A stretch of DNA of 63,782 nucleotides, the filler included, from Collodictyon triciliatum (Eukaryota): NCBI GenBank assembly GCA_043381765.1. It is 12 parts of 12 records of this genome, joined end to end, with 100 filler letters (N's around TTAATTAATTAA, not from the genome) between each part and the next. Parts side by side here need not be neighbours in the genome. Positions count along the whole stretch, not along the records: positions 50,721 to 56,470 come from JBHJMP010004977.1; positions 56,571 to 62,320 come from JBHJMP010004978.1; positions 62,421 to 63,782 come from JBHJMP010005129.1; 9 more parts are not named here. One strand, given 5' to 3'. The notes below the pieces were generated by a model. The model was not told the DNA's origin and did no database searches. It worked only from the letters and a program-made list of their open reading frames with translations. Position numbers and translations under genes: made by a program. This document shows, in pieces, positions 55,948 through 63,782 of the stretch (position 1 is the stretch's first letter; each line of letters starts with the position of its first letter).

Positions 55948-56470
55948 TTTTTATTTTGTTTGGTTTTCTTTGCGTGCGGAGATGAAGTTCCTGTCTCCAA
56001 GGTGCCAGCCTTCTTTGGCATGGACGCTATTTGGTGGCCGGGTGGCGGAGTGGTTGATAATCAGGAATTGCATCCTGCGGTTTGGCCTGTAACCTGGGTT
56101 TTGTGCTTCCATGAGGAGATACAAGACGAGGTTTAATATATTTATCAGCTTCTTTCCACATGTCTCTTCTCACAGGGCCGGAGTAGTAGAGAACATGCAG
56201 GTGGCGATGAAAGCTGTTGAGGAAAGAGATTTGTATGATGTCATTCAGCCTGTTACCAGGAATGGGTGTCTGGTTGTTGAATCTTACTTTGCGTGATTAT
56301 ATGCGTGCTATCGACATAGTCCATAGCAAATGGCCTCACATTACTGCCCAGAAATGTTTTTGCATCTGGATGCAGCTGTTGCAGAGGCCCAAATATCGCC
56401 TGGATTGGGCCAACAGCTGCAGCCGTCTTGAGTGTCAGCCGAAGAATCTCACCGGCTGTTTCGCGCAGGT
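55948..56470 (-). mobile_element. Degenerate LINE 3' portion (ORF2 C-terminus and 3' end), cut by contig end
   Basis: Encodes FWAVM*GHLLW..ISFLNSFHRHLHVLYYSGPVRRDMWKE, similar to 57335-57530. The 3' end matches the 52309 and 58182 copies. Confidence 0.8.
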
Positions 56471-56570
56471 NNNNNNNNNNNNNNNNNNNNNNNNNNNNNN
56501 NNNNNNNNNNNNNNTTAATTAATTAANNNNNNNNNNNNNNNNNNNNNNNNNNNNNNNNNNNNNNNNNNNN

Positions 56571-56666
56571 AAGAAGAAGAAGAAGAAGAAGAAGAAGAAG
56601 AAGAAGAAGAAGAAGAAGAAGAAGAAGAAGAAGAAGAAGAAGAAGAAGAAGAAGAAGAAGAAGAAG
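56571..56666. repeat. (GAA)n microsatellite at contig start
   Basis: About 32 triplets. Confidence 0.95.
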
Positions 56667-57019
56667 AGTTTGTGTAAGTGGCAAGGCTATTCAGGAAGCA
56701 TATGAAGAAGCCTGGATTATCTCGCTGTGATCGAGGCTCCCACTGTAGGAATTGTTGTGGTCTTTCGCTCTGTCTGCCCCTCTTCATTCTGCTGTTAGGT
56801 TCGCAGGAAAGGAGGGAATTCAGGGCATTGTGGTGAATCTTATTCAGCCGATGGAATCAAACGGGCGCACAAGATGGAGGGATGTCGTTGTGCTGGTGGT
56901 TTTATTAATGCGGCCGCCAACCAACGAACAGGATCGTGTGATTGCGACAATCGCTCGGAATCACCCCTGCTTGACCTGTTGCGCATGTCCTTCATCTAGA
57001 TTCTGGGTTGTGAGCTGTG

Positions 57020-57822
57020 CTCACTTGTGTGTTCTATCGGTCTTTATCTGTGCTGCTTCAACCGAAACACCGCACCCTACTACTCAATATCTCAAACAGA
57101 GAGCTGTGGGTAGGTGCGCGCGTAGTCCATGCAGCAACGATCTCTCCAGAATGCACCATGTGCCATGGTGGAGATGACTCTATCGAACACACATTTATCA
57201 AGTGCTCTCTTGCTCAAAAAGTGACAGAATCTACCCACAAGATGCTCTCTGAGCTTGGTTATGCTCCCAACCGACTCAGCGCGTCTGACATCCTGTTTGG
57301 CCCACAATACCAAATGATTCACGACTCTAGAATACTCTGGACAGTCACAAGGGGACATATGGTGGTCCTTATGGAGTGTGCGCGCATTCTCTCGCTCTAA
57401 TGAGTCACCCGATCGAGAAATCAATGTATCGAGGCTGGAAAGTCTCGCGCAATACAGCTTCCTGAACAGCCTGCTGAAACACGCTCGCATTCTTCTCTAC
57501 TCTGACCGCAAGCGAAGAGAGATGTGGGAATGTGTCGTGCGATGTCAGCCACAGCATATTCATCCACTGCTACTCATGTAACCAATCAACCAGTTGGGAC
57601 GCCCCCCTGACCAGCTCGCTATCACTGATTTCTTTCCGGTGCTACCCTCTCCACGGTCGTGTCTTCTCTTACTCACGTTTGCTCTCTATTATCAGCACCT
57701 ATTTCGCTCCTTATATGGCATAACCTCGCTGCACTTTAGATCGGAAAGAGACGGAGAGAGGGAATATGCTGCCTCCATCGTACCCTTGATTAATGAGCTG
57801 ACGGACCCAGTTCTATAAAAAT
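57020..57822 (+). mobile_element. LINE ORF2 3' fragment with zinc knuckle (frameshifted)
   Basis: ECTMCHGGDDSIEHTFIKC is the C-x2-C..E-H..C finger typical of L1/Tx1 ORF2 C-termini. Frameshift near 57365; ends ttctataaaaa. Confidence 0.75.
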
Positions 57823-58039
57823 CGATGCAGACAGATAGGATGATAAATATAACGGTGATGATAATGATATTGTAAAATCACTGGAAGCTGTTATGTGATT
57901 ACCGCAAGGATAGATAAATTGAGGAGGAGGGGAGGGGTTTAGACAAAACAGTTAAGAAAATGTGGACTAAAGCTTCGTTTTTCTTTTCAAATGATAGCGA
58001 TTCATTCTCTTCTGACTCTGGCAGTGGAGGCTATAGCGT

Positions 58040-61000
58040 CATTTCTTTTTCTTTGCCGAGTCCGAAGAACCATCGGTCGATTTGCTCTTAGTACCTGATG
58101 TGTCGTGATTCCCATTTTCGTCTTTCAGCTTCGATGTCCTCCGATAGCTGTGCAATCAGTTTATCTTCGACCGATACGATTGGAAAGAAGCTGAGAAAGA
58201 GATTCAACCTCGCCTTGTCTCTCTCATGCAACACCAAGACCCGGGATACAGGCTACAGGCCAAACCGCAGGGTGCAATCCCTGATTATCGACTACTTTTC
58301 CGCCACTCAGCCACCAAGTGGCGTCCATGCAAACGATAGCTACCAAACCAAAGCGAGCATCTCCACCATCCTGCACAAAATTGAAAGGAAGAAGAATAAA
58401 AAAAATCTTCGACCGATACGATTTATTTTTTTCCGCTGTTCGCTCCATGATGAGGGTTTTCTGGAGGTTGGCATGAGAACACCTCTTTCTCTTTGGAGTG
58501 TCCTTCTCTCTATGTTGCTTTTTTTTTTTCTTGAATTCGCTGGATTTCTCGTTGAGCAAGGAAATGAGTTTCTCATTGATACTCTTCCAGTCGGCATCTA
58601 TCAGTTCATCATCTGGCGTGTTGAAGTGAGACCTCAGGTTGTGACTGATTTCTTCTACAACTTCCGGGTCGTTGTATGCTCTCCAATCGACATGCTTTAG
58701 ATATGCTGACTTTCCTCCAGCTGTGTCTAGGAACGAGACTTTAGTAATGTCTTCCGATAGGTTCGCGTCCGATGTGTGCATCCATTTGAACCATGGCAAC
58801 GTCTCGGCATTGCACAGGAACCGGTCGATTCTGCTCCACGTCGGGCCGCTTCTTGTTTGCCGCCTGCACGTAGCTCCAAGCAGATTCGGGTAAAGAGTAG
58901 TCCATGGGTCATGTAGATTATGTTGATTGACCCAGTTGATGAATGGCTTGTCTTGTCTTGTGGACACGCCTGTCCACTCTAGCTCTTGGTCAAGGACTGC
59001 GTTGAAGTCTCCACATATGATTGTATGAGGGGTCTCAAGCTCCTTAGTGAGTTGCTCGAACTCCCCCATTCTTGTTTGGAGGTCAGCCGTATGGAATGAC
59101 ATATAGCAAGTGATTATCCTTGTTGTTTTCTCATTCATCTGGATATCCATGCTTATGGCGCGGCCGGGAATAATGAATTTGAAGATGGGCTTTAGCTTAG
59201 CAATCCACCCTTTGCACAGGATTGCCACGTCGGCATGTTTGTGTTGTGATGGTGATAATGATGGTGACCATAGCTGAGGGCCCTTCCACCGGAATTCAGT
59301 AGATTGGGTCTCAAGGCTCTGCCACGTCTCTTAAAGACAGATGATATCCGCGTGGGTGAAAAGAGCTGTCTTGATAACCTCTTTCCGCACGTGGGGGTCG
59401 TTAATCCCCCTAGCGTTCCATGACAGAACGCCGAAACGCATGGTCTGTTATAAATGGGTGGAGGGAAACCCCTAGTCAGAGCAGCAGCGCTCTCGTTGTA
59501 TTCAGTTGTGTTTGCATATATCTGTGTTGACTCGGTCGTGGCGGTTGTGGGTGTTTCTGTGGCTATGGTTGTTGTTATTTCGGAAGTTAATCTTGGTATC
59601 TCAGCATGCAGCTTTCGGAATTTTGGCGCTGATGGTTTCCTTGTGAGTTTTGAAGGTGATGCTACGGCCTCTGCGGTGGGAAGTTGTGCGTTTTCCGGCG
59701 AGGCTGTCAGCTCTGTGCTCGCTCTTTTTGGGCTAGGGCTTGCGCGAGCAATATACATGGGTGTTACAGCATTCAGGTAATTTGCTTTGTTTTGGGCGTC
59801 CTCGAATGTTGGGAATTTCGGTGTGAAGCTGACGCTGCTCTGGGGTGTTCCTGATGCAGTCCCTGTCTCTTGGGAACTAGGTGAGAGATAGAGCGAGTCG
59901 TTGCTGGAGTTTGCTTCTTTAGGGCTATTCGATTTTTGCACGTGCTTTGTTGGGGTCACATCAGGGCTCTTCTGGAGCATGAAGCTGGCTATGTTGGTTT
60001 GTTTTGACGACTTGGATTGAGGCGCTGATGAAGGTCTTTCTGCTCTCGGTGGTCTATATTGGGTTTAGAGCTCAGGTTTGCTGTTGGTGTATTTGATGTA
60101 ATCATCTTCCTCTCAAGGGGTTCTTCCAGGCGAAGAAGCCGTGCCTTGGTCTGTTTGTTCGGTTGGTTTCAGGATGATGCGCATTTCCAAATTCTCATTT
60201 ACTTTCTTTGGGAGTTCCTTGCTAGAGGAGCTTCTTGGTTGGGTGGAGGTAATGGGCTGAGGTGGTTCATCGTCTTCTTTTCTTCGGGTGATTGTGACTG
60301 GGAGGGTTGGGCCGTCTTTCACTCTTGGACTGCGTGGGTTGGAGGATTTGCGGTTGTGTTTGTCGTGGTAATTGCCCTGGTGCTTGTTATGTTTGGTATC
60401 GTGTTGGGGCTTCTCCTTCCGTTTAGGGAATAGTATGAAGGGGATGTGGAATCCTAGCAGGTTTATTTTCTTTTCTGGCACTTTGGGCAGTTCTGATGCC
60501 TGGAACTTGACCAGCGCGTCATTGGTCCAGATACCGTCCACAACTTCGTAGTAAACAATGGTAGGTGAAAATAATACTTTGCAGGCCTCTTCAATGTCTG
60601 CCTTGGTGAAGCCTGGGGGAATATCGCCGATGATAGCGGAGTGGAGAGGTGGCCTCTCTTGGTATGGGCGGAAAAGCGGCCAAGCAGTTTAAACTGTCCT
60701 GCTTTGGCAAACTCTGCGGCAGTTTTGTTGGTGCGGGTAGGCTACTGTGTAGCCTTGGGGTTGAATGTATAGTTGCATGATGACGTTCTCCTCGTAGCAC
60801 TTGAGTTGTTTAAGGACTTGGTCAAGTTATTTCTTCGCTTGGTTGCGGGCTTCGTGGTTCTGGGTCAGTTTGTGCTTACCTCCAATGAGGAAGTAACAGC
60901 CGGCTCCGTACAGATTCTGCTCTTGGGCTCTCTTTGATCGACGGATCGGTGTGGCTAAGGAGACTTGGTCGAGTTGTGTCCTCGATTCTCGTGCGTTCGA

Positions 61001-61774
61001 TTGTGTTTGTCTCAAGCTTTCGCTTTCGAACTATACACCCGAGTCAAAATCCATGTGTTGTTCCCGACGAGATTGAAGAATATCAATGGTTGTATTATTA
61101 CCGCGAGCATAATCTTGCTGCATTGTCCTCAGGCCCCTTTCCTCCCTTGTTTTGGCACCGGAGGCGACATTGGCTGATACGTTGGCTCGCTGGTTACTCG
61201 GTACTTTCTCCCAGCCTCTATTACTGGTCTTCGGTGGCGCGAGAGCTTTGGACTTGGGTTCGCGGCGATGCACGGGGACATTGAGTCTATTGATGGTGAT
61301 GAAATCAGGGACTTTGCCCTCATCTGATTCTTTGTAGGTCACGTGGGTATCCATGAAGATGCGGCCTTGTTGGGTGCAGTTGACCCTATCGGGTTGAAGC
61401 GTTTCTTGCAAGCAACCATTATGTCTTTCTAGACGGCGCCGAGCAGGATGTTGGTCAGTCGGGCTGCTTCAACCACGATGCAGCACGCAGCCAGAGTGTA
61501 CTTGTGGCCTAGCGCAGTGAATCCGCCTCTTTGGATGAAGACGATTTCCTTCTCTTTCTTCGGAAAGGACAGTCTCAGGTCGCTCACTCGTTCATTGTTC
61601 ATCAAGATGGCTTCTTTTTCGAAGCAGCTTTCGCGTGTCAAGAATTTTCCTCAGTTCGAGGGCGAAGGTCACGCTGTTTTCTCTGCTTAGCACAGCACAG
61701 CCCCCGCCTTTGAGTAGGACAGTGTACTCATCCGTGAAGTGGTCTTGTTCAGGCACTGTTTTTGATCGGAGCAT
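58040..61774 (-). mobile_element. L1/Tx1-like non-LTR retrotransposon: decayed ORF1 plus APE endonuclease of ORF2; RT not present
   Basis: ORF2 starts at 59441: MRFGVLSWNARGIN..ADIICL*ET (Q to stop at 59331), ICGDFNAVLD, TWSRIDRFL, then W..E..WFFGLGK after the nested insertion. Upstream frameshifted ORF1 pieces run from 61774 to ~59450. Confidence 0.85.
58182..58404 (+). mobile_element. 5'-truncated LINE copy nested antisense in the ORF2 of the 58040-61774 element
   Basis: Perfect direct repeat atcttcgaccgatacgatt at 58163-58181 and 58405-58423; tail aataaaaaaaa. Confidence 0.9.
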
Positions 61775-62420
61775 TCATTGCCCCGTGACTAGAGGTATTC
61801 CATCCTCTCGTGATGCTCTCGTCTCTGATTGGGGTAATATAGCACATCCTCCGCTCATGTCCGGGAAGAGTAATTGGTTGTGCTTACTTGCAAAATGATC
61901 GAAAAGTGACGCTGATGGGTAGATACATGTATAAGAAAATTAATAAATTCATATGGGATGATTGCTTACCCGACGGCTCCATGCTTAAAGAACTGGTCTC
62001 TCTCATTTTGCATGTCTCGGAGGGTCGATGACAGAAATATGTGAAGGACTCGCTCGTCGCGAATGACAAGTTCAAGAGGTTTTGGTGTTGTATATAGTCA
62101 CGGAGCAGGAACCCACATTTGGCTTGTGCCCCATCACACCGTTGAATAAAGGAAAAAGGATGGAAATATGGAGAAATGCCCATTTCTTCAGCCGTCATTT
62201 CTATTCCTTCATTCGTAAATACTCAGCTCTGTTCATATGTTTCCGTTCCACCTCTTCCCTTTTTCTGGTTGTCTTTTTATATAGCTGCGGATGTTTCGGT
62301 CAATTAGCTTTGATTAATCGNNNNNNNNNNNNNNNNNNNNNNNNNNNNNNNNNNNNNNNNNNNNTTAATTAATTAANNNNNNNNNNNNNNNNNNNNNNNN
62401 NNNNNNNNNNNNNNNNNNNN

Positions 62421-62513
<93 letters not shown>

Positions 62514-62615
62514 AGACGTGTCATGTCAAAGGGCACGGATACAGATTTGTTCGGCATACTTTACAATAAAAATTGAATTCTTGCCTTTGGCCCAGACGCA
62601 GTAGTGTAATCATAC

Positions 62616-62692
62616 TTCACTGGGCCTGCTCCGAGTTCTTGGCGCAGTTTGCGGATGTCATATTTTTCTTCCTTGCGAGCGTAGTCAGCCAT
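62616..62692 (-). CDS. First coding exon of an unidentified gene (3'-truncated)
   Basis: cacag|GACTGC ATG.. MADYARKEEKYDIRKLRQELGAGPVK|gtatga, with an upstream donor near 62835. Confidence 0.4.
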
Positions 62693-63032
62693 GCAGTCCT
62701 GTGAAAAGCACCAGTTCAAAAAAAAATACTCTCTCCACTCGTCCTTTCGCTCCTCGCATGCTCACTCTTCCAGTGAATGAACTGGTCACAGCAATTAAAT
62801 ATTAAGTTGCTGATTTTTTCTGTCGTACCCTTACCTGATGCGATCCTGCGCGGCTATCACTCGCACAACCGAACCAAGCCTCCGTTAAAAAATCGTTACA
62901 AATTATTTCCAGATATGTTTCTCATTTGTGGATTTTAAAACTACCCAAAGAATTCCAGCGCGTGGGAGCATGGCAGTTTCGTCGCAGTTGGGAAATCTAT
63001 GGCGTTTTATGATTATTCATGAGCCTGTGAGT

Positions 63033-63481
63033 CTACGCCATGGCCATGGCCAGCCACCCGGCGATGAGAGATAAGCCGCCGATTGGGGCGACATGGGGCA
63101 GCCACTTGGACGGGCTCCACGAGTGTGCATAGAGCGAGCCGGAAAACAACAGAATGCCCGAGGCAAAGAGCGGCGACGCGGCAGAGGCGGGGCGAACGCT
63201 GGCTGCGAGGCACAGAGCGACCGAGTGCACGAGATGATAGTGGGCTGCGGTCTGCCAGACTTGCAGGCGGTTGGCGTCGCTTGTGTGGTGTTTCAGGCCG
63301 TGTGCTCCAAATGCCCCGAGAGCAATGGCGGCGGCCCCGCTTACGCACCCCAGGCGCCATGCCGTGTTTGCAGCTGTGCAGGGCAGGTGTTGGTGGGGGA
63401 AATTCGCGGGAGAGGGCGAGAAGTGACAAGGGTAAGATGAGGTAAAGTTAGGGTACAATCGTGGATGAATGACTGGTTCAT
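63033..63481 (-). CDS. TMEM256: TMEM256/DUF423 membrane protein (2 exons)
   Basis: SGAAAIALGAFGAHGL, WQTAAHYHLVHSVAL, GILLFSGSLY, APIGGLSLIAGW. Short first exon MNQSFIHD with a GT-AG intron. Confidence 0.92.
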
Positions 63482-63561
63482 CTTGGCTTTCGAGGGCTTT
63501 GTTTCATTTGGTTTTTCTGATTGGTGTGTCCAAACGGTTTTGTTATGGTCCCTTTTTAAAA

Positions 63562-63690
63562 ATAATGATAAAAATAATGATAATGATAATGATAATGATA
63601 ATGATAATGATAATGATAATGATAATGATAATGATAATGATAATGATAATGATAATGATAATGATAATGATAATTATAATTATAATTATA
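63562..63690. repeat. (GATAAT)n repeat
   Basis: About 20 hexamer copies. Confidence 0.9.
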
Positions 63691-63782
63691 AAAGTGGTGG
63701 GCTGGCCGAAGTACTTACGAATCATGACAAGTTATGTACTGGTGGCTGCAGTTGTTTGATGCAAAAATAGTGTTATAGTTCA

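Noticed and set aside
59331-59333. In-frame TAA at a conserved Gln as evidence for a TAA=Gln genetic code
   Set aside because: It lies in a decayed retroelement with other lesions. Host genes end in TAA, TAG or TGA normally, and the tRNA-Gln has a standard CUG anticodon.

Overview
Eukaryotic, intron-rich (GT-AG), microsatellite-rich genomic DNA, probably from a protist; ARL16 suggests a ciliated or flagellated lineage. The window is not contiguous. It is 12 unrelated contigs, most about 5.75 kb and sorted by length, joined by 100-bp artificial N44-TTAATTAATTAA-N44 spacers, so many genes are cut at contig ends. Recognisable genes: an HMG-box protein, gamma-COP, a bacterial-type secreted GH2 beta-galactosidase, two tandem cytochrome P450s, a CorA-type Mg2+ transporter, an LRR-Roc-COR (Roco) protein, a FabG-like SDR, ARL16, ZNF598/Hel2, a PEMT/Opi3 methyltransferase, tRNA-Gln(CUG) and TMEM256. 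There are also several L1/Tx1-like LINE copies, two with clear target-site duplications. The standout is the Roco gene. Its LRR region is built from at least 19 symmetric phase-0 exon cassettes (16 of exactly 69 nt, one LRR each, and 3 of 210-216 nt), recently duplicated together with their introns, upstream of a single intronless Roc-COR exon. This is an exon-shuffling-ready architecture resembling a pathogen receptor.
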